This document shows, one piece after another, positions 13,793 to 28,048 of a stretch of DNA of 64,000 nt (the stretch's first letter is position 1; the number at the start of each line of letters is the position of its first letter). The stretch is from Flaccisagitta enflata. Its lineage: Eukaryota. The notes below the pieces were generated by a model, which saw only the letters and a program-made list of their open reading frames with translations, ran no database searches and was not told the origin of the DNA. A program made the position numbers and the translations under genes. The DNA is taken from assembly GCA_965153355.1 (NCBI GenBank), contig OZ231126.1, forward strand, positions 42,718,001 to 42,782,000, given 5' to 3'.

Positions 13793-14433
13793 TATGACAA
13801 TGAGGTCTACTGGTCGAAAACCTTACCATATCAATCCTCAAATCCACTTACTTATCAACTTGGGTTTCTGTAGCTTTTTTGGACCCCGTACGTATGACAT
13901 GTATGACAAGTGGAACAATATCCCTCAATTAACCCGAACTGAAATAAATGGAAGAGGGCCTTGTGAACCTTCACTGACTAGTTGATACGCGCACGTATGT
14001 ATGAATTCGGAGACATCGCAGCTGTTGTGAGATGCCTGTCCCTCCTATCTCATCTCACATTTCTTGCGGCAAAGTCAACACACGCAGAGACACAGTCAGG
14101 ACGCATTGTGTCGTTGCCCGATCGGGCGTATTGTTGAGTGTTTTTGGTTGCGGACATGCAACTCAATAGGAGGCTTTGTCTGTCCGTCCGTTCGTTCGTC
14201 CGTCTGTCCGTTGGTCCGTCCGTCCGTGAGCACGAGTTGTAAATTGGAAAAACGAGCGTTTTGAAGCTTTTAGTGTATGTGTCTGTGTTGGAAAGGGTGT
14301 TGTGTGTGGATGGGGGTTAGCTGCCCCTGCCCACCCGTCCGCAACGATATTGTGACCCCGCGTCACTTGTTCCGTACCGTGCCCTTCTGTTTCGAGCATT
14401 AGTGAGCTTGAGTGAGTGAGTGAGCGATTGTTT

Positions 14434-14578
14434 TTAGTTGCGGACACGCAACTCTAAAAGAGCCTTTGTCCGTCCGTCGGTCCGTCGGTCCGTGAGCACG
14501 AGTCGAAAAGTGTGAAAACGCGCATTTTGGCCCCTGCCCACCCGTCCACAGCTGGTATTGGCCGTGTACCCGGCCTTG
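14434..14578 (+). mobile_element. Non-autonomous Helentron (HINE/DINE-1-like) copy
   Basis: TTAGTTGCGGACACGCAACT terminal hairpin, (CCGT/CGGT)n, CCCCTGCCCACCCG core, GGCCGTGTACCCGGCCTTG end hairpin. Confidence 0.8.
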
Positions 14579-16283
14579 TTTTTTTCTGAAAAAAGAAGAG
14601 TAAGACATGGCAAACAAAATCAGCGAGCGTTAATATTGCATAAGCATAAGTGATTGATTGATTGATTGAGTGGTGTTAATTGTTGCTTGGCATTTGTTTT
14701 TAGTTCCACTTTTCTCCCTCCTCTGCCAATTCGCAGATCAGGTCGACTCAGTTGACGAAACAAAATGGAATTACGTTGGAATTACATTGGAGCACTGGCA
14801 CTGCTATTATAGCGCACCAATCATTGATGATTTTATTTTTATTATATTATTATTATTGTTATTATTATTCATTTAGGCATAATGAATCGCAAAGTGAAGA
14901 GACAATAAAATCCACATCACAGATACGGTACAGCCGTAAATCAGTTCACCAAACCTCCCGAAGTCATTACCAGAGCACGTTTGGCGGCCCAAAACATTCG
15001 CCCCCCAAATCGCCTCCCAAATCGCCCCCGGTCACAAATCCCGCGGGGCGATCCAATGACACCCTGAAGTACCCTGTGTGAGGTCCATTGTCATGTCATA
15101 CCAAAAGTTACGAAACTTTAAAGCCAGAGTAAAAAAATAACGGGTGGTCTTTAAAAAGGTAGCTTTTGATTTTTTTATATTTCTTTTAAAATTTCTCCTA
15201 AGTGAAAAAAATTGATTTTTCTATCTAGCTATGATCGTGGCCTACATGTTCCATTATGAAATTTTTTAAAAAGGATCAATATCTTTCATTTTATCTTTAA
15301 AAAACTGAATTGAATTAGGGACCACTTAAAAATTTTTGCTTAAATTTGACTAAAGATCAATGATTTTAACAAAACTTATTTTTGAATAAAGATATCTGAA
15401 TAAAAGTGGGTCTTAGAAAACTATAAAAACCAAGAATTTTGAAGTAAATAACCAAATGCACATCTAAAACACTGATAATAATTAATCATCACTTTTAGAT
15501 AAAAACAGGCAATAATGCTCAGAAAAAATTGTTTTGATTTATCATACATAATTTGAATTTGTATATTTTAATCATATATACAAATTCATAGATTCATCAT
15601 TTTAAATATTCACATTATCGGGAAAAAAGTCAAAGTCAGTCTTCGACTTATTGACATATTCGAAAGAAACATGGTTTTCATTTTCTTATGGGAAAGTTGT
15701 GAATCTCCATTGAGCGATTGAGGCCTCCAATGAAATTGATAGGGTAAGTAAATTTGATAATTCTCTTTCACTTGGCAACAAGCAGGATACTTTATGATAG
15801 ATTTTAAGTAGGATCAATAAAAAAGTGTGTTCATGTTTGTTTGAGCATGCAAATACAAGAAAACATTTTTATGAGCATAACTGCTCATATGTGAGGGTGT
15901 TTTAGGGCATTCTAGCTCATTTAGCTCATTTTGCTTATTTTGCTCAATCTTTTTTTCTGATTTCAAATGCGATAAATGAGTAAATATTTTGATACATGTT
16001 AAAGCAAGCAGATACAAAAAACATATCAGTGAGCATAACTGCTCTTCTGGTGAGGTTTTTTAGAATTATTCTAGCTCACTTAGCTCATTTGGTAATCCGA
16101 TGAATTCGCCGCGAATCCTTCGCCTCAGAATTTAGGGCCTGGATTCTACCGCCTCCGAATCCAGTGCCGCGCCGAACCTACCGCCTCTGGAAGAATTCGC
16201 CGACTTAGTTCTATCTATAAAAAAAAAACAAAAGGGGAAGAAGCGAGTGAACGAGTGATGATGAAGATGAAACATAGAAAAAA

Positions 16284-16350
<67 letters not shown>

Positions 16351-16522
16351 GTAGAAGGATAGATAAATGAGGAGAGTGATGATGATGATAATGATGATGA
16401 TCATGATCATGAAGGTGAGAGATAACATTAAGTGCAGTATGCAGGAATAGCTTTATTTGAATAGATAAAGTGTTGATGATGATGATGGAATTGAGAGACA
16501 ACGACAAGAATAGCTTTGTTTG

Positions 16523-16716
<194 letters not shown>

Positions 16717-17692
16717 AACGACAAGTGCAGTATGCAGGAACAACTGGTATATGCTCGTAAGATATAAAAGAATCAACCAGTGTAAGCTCACGGGTATACT
16801 AAAAAATGAAATACATGTTCATGTGGGAGCCATGTCAATTATTCATAAAATGATGCTTGAGCGCACGTTTGAATTGTACGAGAGACATCTCACTTTTCAC
16901 ATATGCAGGTAACTCGTTCCATTCTCGAACAACTGTGTAATGGAAAGTATTATTTGGAAACTCTCTAGTTTGGCACGTAATTCAAATCAGACCCGCGAGT
17001 TGAGTATGAATAAACAGGAGTGGTGGTTTGGAAGTCTTGGGCTAAATACTGTGGGGCTTGGCCAGTCTTGACTGGATTTTGGGGTTTCAACAAGGATGAA
17101 GGCGTCATGTTTTGCAGACAGATAATTTGTAAAATCTGCAAATGCGTTTTTTATTTGCAGAAGGTTTTTTATATTATCTGCTATTAAGTTTTTTAAATGT
17201 TTAAAAAAAAAAACCCAAGGTTTTTTCATGTTTTGTGATGAAATTTTCTTTCTAGTTTGAGTTTTCCAACTGTATTTTTATGTGATACTAAGGATTAAGA
17301 GATTGAAACTGGATATTTTTTAATAGTTAAGAATCAAACTTTGAATAAACACTATATTTATGAAAACACGGCTACTGAAGTCGCGTGCAGGTGGGCAGTG
17401 ATGAAAAGGGCTTACCCAAGCATTTGGGCAGGAGCAGGGACACAAAAACCGCCCATAACGCCGAAAAAGCTAACGCGGACCGATCAACAGACCTACCAAC
17501 TGACGGACATAGCGGGTTGTAGAGTCGCGTGCATGGGACTAAAAAGGTAGTCTCTGTGTTCTTTTTAGCATTTCTTTTTCATCAATTAGTTTTTTTTCTT
17601 TTACTGTATTTGTTTCTTTGCCTCTCTTTGTTTCTTTCTTTTTCTTTTTGTTTTTTTTTTCTTTTGTTTTTTTTTCTCTCTCTTTCTTTCGT

Positions 17693-17843
<151 letters not shown>

Positions 17844-19474
17844 TTATCTCTCTCTTGCTATCTCTTTCTCTCTCTCTGACTCCTGCTTTAGCCAGTCACT
17901 ATCACTTAAAGAGATTTCGTTTATACCTACTCTTGACTATCATTTATTCTTCTCTTTTTTTTTTATCTTTTACCTATGTCAGAAAGCAGACCAGAAAACA
18001 GGTTTAAAGGGTCAACCATTTTCCAATATTATTTTGATAAAAAAACTCGTTTTTTCTTTCAAAAAATGTTGTGGACATGTTGTTTGGTTGTATATTACTT
18101 ATTAGAACAGACTTAGATCCTTTGATAGACACTAGATATACTGTACAGGACAACAAAGCGGTAAAAACCTCATCAAAATTGTCATTTGATGTGACAATTT
18201 GTTTTTCAGTTGCTTACATCCACGATGATAACGCAATTAAAAAATTGGATCATAGTCATTTTCTCTTCTTATACCCCCTGAGTAACCTTTAAAGATATGG
18301 CAAAAATTTTCGCCAAGATTTTCTCCCCCTCCAACTATGGAAATACACTTGATTCATTGAAAAGTTCATGTTACAAATGAAAACTAAGAAATTTTGAACT
18401 TTTTTTTCTCGGCTTATTAACCATACTTCCTATCCTCCGATTAAGTTGAGATTTTAGGACAAAATAATGTATTAACTAAGGTTGCTCCATGTCCAATTTC
18501 AAGTTATTCAGCCAATATTAAGTGGGGTTTTGATGTCATTTTGAGTAATTTTCAAGCAAATTTTAAATTTTTGAAAAAAACATTTGAGCGGGAAATTGCC
18601 GATCTTGAGATAGGATGATTTTTTTGCATAAACTAAAACATACAAGAATCAATTTTTGGAGGTCTGTATGTTCTTGGATTTTGCAATTTTTCAATTTCTA
18701 TGCAAAACGGCAATTTCCTGTGAAGTCTGTCAAGTAGTAAAAAGAAGACAACTTTTTTGCACTTTCTGTGTATACAACAGACATTATGTTAGGCCCCCAT
18801 ATTCATAGGGGAGGGCCGGCTAGCAATTTAATTGGTTCTTTGTTGTATTGAAAAGTTATTCCAGGTCTTGTTGATGATTTTCTACCTTCCCTGGAGTAAC
18901 AGATTTGGTTTTACCATCATGGGTAAAAGGTGATTTCTGGGAAAATGTCCAACTTTGGCCTCAAAATAAGAAAACTTTGCCTAACCATGTATTTTGCATT
19001 GATTTTTGTTTTTTTAGTGTCCTCATACATAACTAGACCATATTCCAAGAGAGTTATGACCCATATGAAGATTTCATCATTTGGACCCTCTGAACGCCTA
19101 TATCGGCTCCTTCCTTTGCACCATGTCCTAATTTCTTTTTCATGTTTTTTTTTTCATTCACCCTTTCTTGAAGTTTAATGATTTTATCTAATTTTGAATA
19201 TGATTTTTACATGTTGTTCTTCATAAGAAAAAATGGCCTAGTCGCGTTAAGAACGCGGACGTGAGCGCGTTCACGTGAGGGAGAAAAATGGACACAAGGA
19301 AAATCACGTATCATTAATTTGACTCTATCAAGATTTGTCTTATACATATCTATTTGCTCTACGAAGGCTAACGCTATCACCCTCCTAAAATGTTATAATT
19401 TTCGCGTTTGAAAACAAAAAGGCAAGCATAATGGTTTTTGGGATAAAGTTATAATGGAAAACTACTTGCCTTTG

Positions 19475-19523
<49 letters not shown>

Positions 19524-19779
19524 TGACAAACTGAGCGCCCTTTTCTTCATGTGACAATCATGTTTTAAACGAGCCATTTGGTCTCTCGCTATGTCCGATT
19601 GCTCGCACTGCTCACTCCACTCACTCACTATGTTTGCTATGTTTGCTTTGCTTGCTTGCTTCATTCGCTTCAGTCACTTCCTCGTGGGTCGTAAATAAAT
19701 GTTTATGCTGTTAACGCATTTCACGAGAATGAACACGATTTTTCGTCTGTCAAAACACGCCCTCAGGAATGAAACTCAA

Positions 19780-19995
19780 CAAGGCCGGATACTTGGCAAT
19801 TCAGTCGCGGACGGGTGGGCAGTAGCAGTAATGCAGGAACCACTTGCAATTCAACAAGGCCGGATACACGGCTGGCCAAGTCGCGTGCGGGTAGGCAGGG
19901 GCAGTGATGAACTAGACCAGCTAGACAGTTGGGCAAGAGCTGTAACCCCAAAACCGCCCGTAAACGTTGAAAAAGCTAAGTGTTACCGACTGAAC

Positions 19996-20046
<51 letters not shown>

Positions 20047-20159
20047 GGACAGAGTGGGTTGTAGAGTCGCGTGCACGCGACTAAAAATGTGACTGACAGA
20101 CGGACTGACGGACATACTAACCAACACAGCAAAGTGCAGAGTCCCGTGTCCGCGACTAA
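19780..20159 (-). mobile_element. Nested HINE pair: inner copy 19855-20084 inside an older copy
   Basis: Two CAAGGCCGGATAC starts and two CGCGACTAA ends; removing the inner copy restores a sequence like the 57724 copy. Confidence 0.85.
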
Positions 20160-20700
20160 TAAAAAAAGAAAGGAAGGAAAAATGAAAAAAAAAAAAACAA
20201 GGACCAACTACCCTGCAATCAAAAGCAACTGATACCAGCGAAACCTTTATGGTGCCTGAAGTATCATTTTTTTATATTTGGACTGGCTTTGTCTGAAAGG
20301 AAATAACCTACTATCTATTCATGCAAAATTTAGCGGTTTTAATGAATGAATGAATGGATAACTGAGTAAATGAATGAATGAATGAATGAATGAATGAATG
20401 AATCATTGATCTAAGTAATGAAAGCGAGAAGTTCTATAAAATGGTGAGAATGCATGTTTAACTAGTTACGGGAGGACAGTCATGGACGGTTGCGCAGGAG
20501 CAGTAATGCAAAAAACTGCTCACAATTAAAAAATGTTACGAACAGGTTGACGGACTGACGGACAGACCATAGGTCAAGTTCTAGAGTTGCGTGTCAGTGA
20601 GTAAAAACGCACGGTTTTGTAATTACGTTCTCTCAAAAAGAACACATAATTCAAGGAAATGGAACGGGAAAAAGGGACATAGAAAGAGAGAAAGAAAGAT

Positions 20701-20759
<59 letters not shown>

Positions 20760-21813
20760 AAAAACTAAACCATTTGGGCAGGAGCTGTGAGGTCAGAGAA
20801 ATAAAATCATAAAAAAAGTAAAATGGGGACCAACCAACTGACCAACGGATAGACAGACAAAGCGGATTGTAGAGTTGTTTGCACGCGACTAAAAAGAAAG
20901 ACACAAAGCCTTCTCCCAGCGCATTCTCTAATGTTCAAAAGTGTAAAAAATGGAAAAAATCCCTTTAAGTTATTTGTGACGGACAGACGGATGGACGGAC
21001 CGACGGACTGATGGACCGAAAAGTGGCTCATAGAGTCATGTAGCACGCGACTAAAAAAAAAAAAGAAATGAATTCTCTAAAAATGTGCCCGCATAAAACT
21101 TCTGGTTCCTGCATGATTGTGTGTGTGTGTGTCAGTGAAAAAGGCAAACGCGATCACATGTAAAGACAAAAGGCACCATCACGGGATCCTAAAATACAAA
21201 AGAGAAAAATAGCTTGTCCTTAGCACCTGATCTTGCTTCTTTTTTGAAGGGCTATGGTGAAAAAAACGCGACCACGCCCGCGTTTTGCCCACTTATCAAG
21301 TTATGGTTTTGGCTGACGATATATCTCAATTTTTACTACAATTTTTTTTCTTCTTTATGAAAAAAACTCTTTTTTCAAAACTCATTTTTAAGCTAAAAAC
21401 GTTTTCGAGTTTCAATAGCCAGATCTGCAATTAGGTACCGGAAGCAGATGCAGAAAGGTAAACTCTAGTCTTGACCTTGCAAAGGTGTCAGAGTTTAAAA
21501 AAAGAGACACGTTTAGGGATAAAAAGCCACCCTACCACTGTTATTTCGGGTAAGCCAACGTGACATCTTGGGTGTCATCCATTTACATACCTCACCATTT
21601 TCCTCTGAATAACCTCCAAACGGTTTTTTGCCTTTGGTCTACCCCTGAGTACCACGATTTATTTCTGTTTGTTTTTTATTCTTCACCGGTCTTCGTAGAA
21701 TTTTATTTTAATTTGTTGTTTTCCTTCGTTTCTCGCAGAAAAAAAAGAAAACCCCGTCATAAATGCACTCCAATTCACTATATCTATGAAAGTTGGACAA
21801 CGTTACTACTCAA

Positions 21814-22152
21814 TAGGGTGACTGAAAGTATGGTCAAATCCGAATTTAGTGTTCCTCGCGGGAGAAATGTGTCCATTTCCACCACAGATGATGACTCTAA
21901 AATCTGGTGATGATCAGATAAAATTTACTCATGACCGCCACCCCACCCCTTTTCCCATTATAAAATATAGGGCTGGAATAAGACCAGAACTTCTTCTGTG
22001 TAGTTTCTATGGGATATCATGGGAGTGGCGGTCATGAGTAGACTTAATGTGATCATCACCAGATTTTAGGGTCATCATCTGTGATGGAAATGGTCACGTT
22101 TCTCCCGCGAGAAAGATGAAATTCGAATTTGACCATACTTTTGGTCACCCTA
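21814..22152. mobile_element. hAT-type foldback MITE
   Basis: TIR TAGGGTGAC.../...GTCACCCTA extending ~140 bp; perfect 8-bp TSD CTACTCAA (21806-21813, 22153-22160). Confidence 0.88.
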
Positions 22153-22855
22153 CTACTCAACCCCTATCTTACTTAAGGATGAGGGCCTTTAGAGCTCTCA
22201 ATGATGTTTAATCCGGACCTATCAAAACTATCCATAATAGTCAATAACAATTAAGACCATCTTAGCATCATCATGAAATCATTCAAAAAACAATCCCTTC
22301 AATAGAAACAAGGCCGGATACACGGCAATCCAGTCGCGGACGGTTGGGCAGGAGCAGTAGTGCAAAAACCACTCGGAGTTCAAAAATGTGTCCGCCACTA
22401 AAGATCAATAATTTTCACGTGTTTGCTACAAGTGTAGACTTAGACTCGAAAGTTTTCCTACGTCAGTCAGTAGCTCAATCTTTTGCATGGACCTGCTTAG
22501 CGCTTTCAATAATGCACGTTTCAAATTTCAAGGTTCTGGCTCGAATACTTTAGAAGTTATGAGCATTTGTTTGAACCATATCAAACTGAAAAAGTTCCAG
22601 GAGAATTTCTGAACTTTCTTTGAAAATATGGCCGGCAGTGAATTTTAAGAGAGTCCAAGTTTTTTAAAAAAAAAAAAGTAAAGTTACAGGATTTTGGATC
22701 TAGGCAAATCAAACAATTTCCTATTGATTGCACCCTACTTTTAAAAACCATTTTTCAAAAAAATATTTTGTGATTGTCCCCAACGCGCGACACAGAAATT
22801 TTTTAAGTTTTTTGAAAAAAAAAAATCTTGAAAGAGTATGGGTCCGCGACTGGGG

Positions 22856-23608
22856 TCAATCGGCGTTGTCAATCGGCGTTGTCAAACGGCGTTGTCAAAC
22901 GGCGTTGTCAAACGGCGTTGTCAAACGGCGTTGTCATTCGGCGTTGTCATACAGCGTTGTCATGTGGCGTTGTCATGCGGCGTTGTCATGCGGCGTTGTC
23001 ATATGGCATTGTCATATGGGCGTTGTCATACAGCGTTGTAATACGGGGTTGTGTAACGCCTTTATACAGCGTTGTATAATGGCGTTGTATAACGGCGTTG
23101 TATAATGGCGTTGTATAACGACATTGTGTAACGGCGTTGTAAAACGCCATTGTAAAACTGCGTTGTAAAACGGCGTTGTAAGACGGCGTTGTAAGACGGC
23201 GTTCTAAGACGGCGTTGTAAGACGGCGTTGTAAAACGGCGTTGTAAAACGGCGTTGTAAAACGGCGTTGTAAAACTGCGTTGTAAAACGGCGTTGTAAAA
23301 CGGCGTTGTAAAACGGCGTTGTAAAACGGCGTTGTAAAACGGCGTTGTAAAACGGCGTTGTAAAACGGCGTTGTAAAACGGCGTTGTAAAACGGCGTTGT
23401 AAAACGGCGTTGTAAAACGGCGTTGTAAAACGGCGTTGTAAAACAGCGTTGTAAAACGGCGTTGTAAAACGGCGTTGTAAAACGGCGTTGCTAAACGCCG
23501 TTGCCAAACGCCGTTGTTAAACGACATTGTCAAATGACGTTGTCAAACGACACTGTCAAACGACATTGTCAAATGGCATTATCAAACGGCAGTGTTGAAT
23601 GGCATTGA
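22856..23608. repeat. 13-bp minisatellite (AAAACGGCGTTGT)n
   Basis: Tandem units; explains the 13-aa periodic spurious ORFs. Confidence 0.95.
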
Positions 23609-23611
23609 CCA

Positions 23612-24405
23612 GTTAGCATGCTAAAATCTTTATAAATCAAATTCATATGTTGAGGCCTTCCAATTAGGGACTACATACCCAGTTTCAACCAAATCGGTTG
23701 AAAAATGCCAAAGTTATGCACGTTTTTCACTTTTAGGCTGGTACGCTAGTTGGGTGGTAGGCTAGTTTGGCTGGTTAGCACGCTAAAATCTTTACAATTC
23801 AAATACATATGTTGAGTCCTTCCATTTAGAGACTACATACCAAGTTTCAACCAAATCAGTTGAAAAATGCCGAAGTTATGCACATTTTTCACTTTTAGGC
23901 TGGTAGGCTAGTTGGGTGGTAGGCTGGTTTGGCTGGTTAGCATGCTTAAATCTTTATAAATCAAATTCATATGTTGAGGCCTTCTATTTAGGGACTACAT
24001 ACCAAGTTTCAACCAAATCGGTTGAAAAATGCCAAGTTATGCACGTTTTTCACTTTTAGGCTGGTAGGCTAGTTGGGTGGTAGGCTGGTTTGGCCGGTTA
24101 GCATGCTAAAACCTTTACAATTCAAATACATATGTTGAGTTCTTTCATTTAGAGACTACATACCGAGTTTCAACCAAATTGGTTGAAAAATGACGAAGTT
24201 ATGCACGTTTTTCACTTTTAGGCTGGTAGGCTGGTTGGGTGGTAGGCCGGTTTGGCCAGTTAACATGCTAAAATCTGTACAAATCAAATACAGTCCTTCC
24301 ATTTAGAGACTACATACCAACTTTCAACCAAATCGGTTGAAAAAAGCCAAAGTTATGCACGTTTTTCACTTTTTGGCTGGTAGGCTGGTTGGGCCGGTTG
24401 GGTGG
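23612..24405. repeat. ~162-bp tandem repeat, about 5 copies
   Basis: Unit starts (GTTAGCA/GTTAACA) at 23612, 23774, 23936, 24097, 24259. Confidence 0.92.
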
Positions 24406-25266
24406 GTCGGATCATAACATACGCATAGGATGTAAAGCGGCTTACCCTAGTACAACTTCTCTCCAAATATGAAGCAAATCGGTCAAGGCGTTCAAAAGTT
24501 AGCCCATTTTTAAAAGTGTGGACGACGACGACAACAACAACGACAACAACGACGACGACAACGACGACACCCACCCGCCTCGAATTATAGTCCGCGTCGG
24601 AATGGTATTCCGTCGTGGACAAAAATGAAAATACAAGATTTTGGATCTAGGCAAATCAGACAATTTCCTATCGATTGCACCCCACTTTTAAAAAACGCGT
24701 GACACAAAAATTTTATTAGTTTTTTTTGGAAATAGTGAAAAAACAAGATTTTGGATCTAGGCGAATCAAACAATTTCCTATTGATTGCACCCCACTTTTT
24801 TTTTCAGAAAAAAATCCTCAATTAGGGCTTTTTTTGGGGCCCTTAGGGGGCCCCTAAGACGTTCAAAATTTTGGTTAATGAGATCAACAGAGTTATGTGC
24901 ATACACCAAGGTATCTTTCAGGACCAAATTAAGGCTGATTAATTAGACCTCAAGCTCATGCCGTTAGTCCCTCTGGCACGGCCGCATTTAAAAGAGAAAT
25001 CGGATTCACAAGGACTCAGATTCCGGATCTAAGGTCAATCTCTATACAAGTGTCAGTGACAAGAAAGAGTTCCAGATGAGTGTGCTGAATGGTGGGGCCT
25101 AATTCATATATCCCTCACATCCATCTGATCTTCCCACACTGTGCTTTCCAAAAGAATCTCAGTGAAAAATCACATAACAGTGGGTTTCTCTGCATTTTTA
25201 TGTAGTGTTGAGGTGTGATAACATGTAACTAGCCATAATAGAATCATTCACCGAGCTTTTTGAGTA

Positions 25267-25742
25267 CACTTTTTTTATTTTATAAGAGACCAGTTTATAA
25301 GAGACATGAGGCTGAGATTTGCCGAAAATTTAAGAACAAAATAAGATAATGCCCAGGCTGAGATTCACTTTTGGAAATTTTTTAGAAAACTTTTTTTTGA
25401 GTCTCTGGATGAAACATATGACAATCCTTTAACTTTTTTTCAAAAATTTGAAAATTTTTCAGAAAAATACTTTCTTTTTTGGTTTTGTTTGTCACATTGA
25501 ACAACATAATTTAAGTTTTATAGTAATAACAAGTTTTCAATTGAAGATACATAGAACACTACGAAATGGTGTATTTATACATAGTTTTCCATATGAATAG
25601 CGTATTTTTACATTGTTTTCCATATTTCAGGCGTTGAAAAAATAAGAACAATTTAAGAGAATTTGAGCCTCAAAACAGCAAAAAATTTAAAAACATCCAG
25701 GCTGAGTTGAAAAATGTTGTCTCTTATAAAAAAAAAAAAGTG
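25267..25742. mobile_element. TA-flanked MITE (CACTTTTTT family), copy 2
   Basis: TA|CACTTTTTTT..TATAAGAGAC ... GTCTCTTATAAAAAAAAAAAAGTG|TA. Confidence 0.75.
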
Positions 25743-25919
25743 TAATTTTCAAAATGGAAAAAAATTAGACCCATTTTCATCGAAGATTCTACTGAGTTGT
25801 ATTGACCCATTTCTTTCCTCCTTATTGATAATCTATGCAAAATTCCCTTTCATTTGATAGGTCGCACTCCATACTTTTGCAGAGTTTGAAAATCTTTATT
25901 TTCTGATTCAAATTGAGTC

Positions 25920-26932
25920 AAATTGACTTAATATGACTTCAAATGACTAAAATGACTAAGTGACTTAAATTGACTTTCATTGAATTTAAATGACTTAAAA
26001 TGACTTAATATGACTTAAAATGACCTAAAAGGACTTAAATTGACTTAAAATGGCCTAAATTGACTTGAATTGACCTAAAATCATTAAAATGCCTTAAGTG
26101 ACTGAAATGACTTACATTGACTTAAAATAACTTAAAATGACTTAAAATGACTTGAAATGACCTAAAGTGACTTAAAATCACTTGAATTGATATACTGAAT
26201 TAAAATGTCTTAAAAAAGGACGTTATGGACAAAAAAGTAAGAAGGGGACAGACCAACCAATGAACTTAAAATGACTTAGAATGACTTAGAATGACTTAGA
26301 ATGACTTAGATTGACTTAACATGACTTAAACTAAATTAAAATGACTCTAAAAAGGACGTAATGGACAAAAAAGTAAAAAGGGGACAGACCAACCAACCGA
26401 CTTAAAATGACTTAAAATGACTTAGAATGACTTAGAATGACTTAGAATGACTTAAAATGACTTAAAATGGATCAAAATGACTCAAAAAAGGATGTAATGG
26501 ACAAAAAAGTAAAAAGGGGACAGACCAACCAACCAACTTTAAATGACTTAGAATGACCTAAAATGACTTAAAATGAATTAAAATGAATCAAAATGACTCA
26601 AAAAAGGATGTAATGGACAAAAAAGTAAAAAGGGGACAGACCAACCAACCGACTTAAAATGACTTAAAATGACTTAGAATGACTTAAAATGACTTAAAAT
26701 GACTTAAAATGAATCAAAATGATTCAAAAAAGGATGTAATGGACAAAAAAGTAAAAAGGGGACAGACCAACCAACCAACTTAAAATGACTTAAAATGACT
26801 TAGAATGACTTAGAATGACTTAGAATGACTTAAAATGACTTAAAATGACGTAATGGACAAAAAAGTAAAAAGGGGACCAACCGACCAACGGACCGACAAA
26901 GCGGGATGTAGAGTCGCGTGCACGCGACTAAA
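25920..26932 (-). mobile_element. HINE variant expanded by a 10-bp (AAATGACTTA)n minisatellite and ~120-bp higher-order repeats
   Basis: Ends in GAGTCGCGTGCACGCGACTAAAAA; block ATGGACAAAAAAGTAA..GGGGAC recurs six times. Confidence 0.75.
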
Positions 26933-27070
26933 AAGAATACAGTAAGTGTAAAACCATTGGGAGAACCACTAAAATGGTCGCAAAATCACATGGAATGAGA
27001 TATCGTACTCTCACTTGAGTAAGTACATGCCACCTTCTTGTTACCGGCGTGGTGCCACCGGTAACAACAT

Positions 27071-27302
27071 TCACTCTACTTGATTGTCCACCAAGACGTT
27101 GATATGCCCCATTTCCAAACCAGACCCGGACTTAGGGTGTTTGCCTTTTTTGAAGTGGATGCAAGAATTGATTTGGTTTTGGCGACGAAGTGTATCTGAC
27201 GGCTGAGCGAGTTCCATGCGGAGAGTGAAGCCTAAAATCTTGAGCAATCCATCTCCATCATTGCCCATCCGGCGCCGCAACTTTTCGTGGAACGAGAGAG
27301 AT
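27071..27302 (-). CDS. Divergent 7TM (class A GPCR-like) gene, exon 5 (helix 8, C-tail, stop)
   Basis: Acceptor TTTTTCAG|A matches the phase-2 donor of exon 4; R-SLSFHEKLRRR...QVE*. Confidence 0.75.
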
Positions 27303-27415
27303 CTGAAAAACAACGGACATTAGACTCTAATTTAGAGAGAAGATGAACAATCCTAAGTTGACCTCAAGAAATAAGAAATATGAATAAGAATATTTCAAAC
27401 AATTGATAGATCCAA

Positions 27416-28048
27416 TTTTGGGCAGCGGCCCCAAAGGGGACAAAGTCCTGTAGAACACAGGGGAAATCTGTCCGTCCGTCCGTTCGTCCGTCCGTCCGTC
27501 CGTCCGTCCGTCCGTCCGTCCGTCCGTCCGTCCGTCCGTCCGTCCGTCCGTCCGTCCGTCCGTCCGTCCCCCCCCGTCTGTCCGTCCGTCCCCCCCAGCC
27601 CCATCCTCAGGGCTTCGTCGCCTTTGGGGCCCAAATCCAAACTGTATGGCGCAAATCCAAGCAAAATAGCCAAAATCTAAGCGAAATGGTCCGAATCTGG
27701 TTAGAAAACCTGATTCTGGGCTGAATTCTATCATTTTAGCCCCTTAGACCTAGATTCTGACTTCTAAAACCCACATCCTAGCTTTAGAGACCCAGATTCT
27801 GGCCTCAAAGACCTAAATCCTGGCCTCAGAGACCCAAGTCCTAGCCTCAGAGACTCAAATCCTGGCCAAGTCCAAGAAATTGGTCTCTGAGACCGAACGT
27901 TGGCCCTAGGGACCCAGATCCTGGCCTGCTCCCCCCTCAACTTAACCTACAAACTACTCAAGAAGGGCACAGGTACCATTCTCCATATACTGCATTTTGT
28001 CATCTCTCCATGGGTACCGCTGACCACTTACTGCCTTTGGGCTGCTAT
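27416..28048 (+). mobile_element. Interspersed repeat with (CCGT)n, 'TTTTGGGCAGCGGCCCC' family, in 7TM intron 4
   Basis: Start shared with 9741; GGGTACCGCTGACCAC..CCTTTGGG end shared with ~43897-43927. Confidence 0.65.

Noticed and set aside
14434-14578. tRNA-derived SINE interpretation of the abundant short repeats
   Set aside because: No A/B boxes or variable TSDs seen; the hairpin/sub-TIR structure and T-run targets fit Helentron derivatives.
22856-24405. CRISPR-like appearance of regular repeats
   Set aside because: Units are head-to-tail with no unique spacers, there are no cas genes, and the context is eukaryotic.
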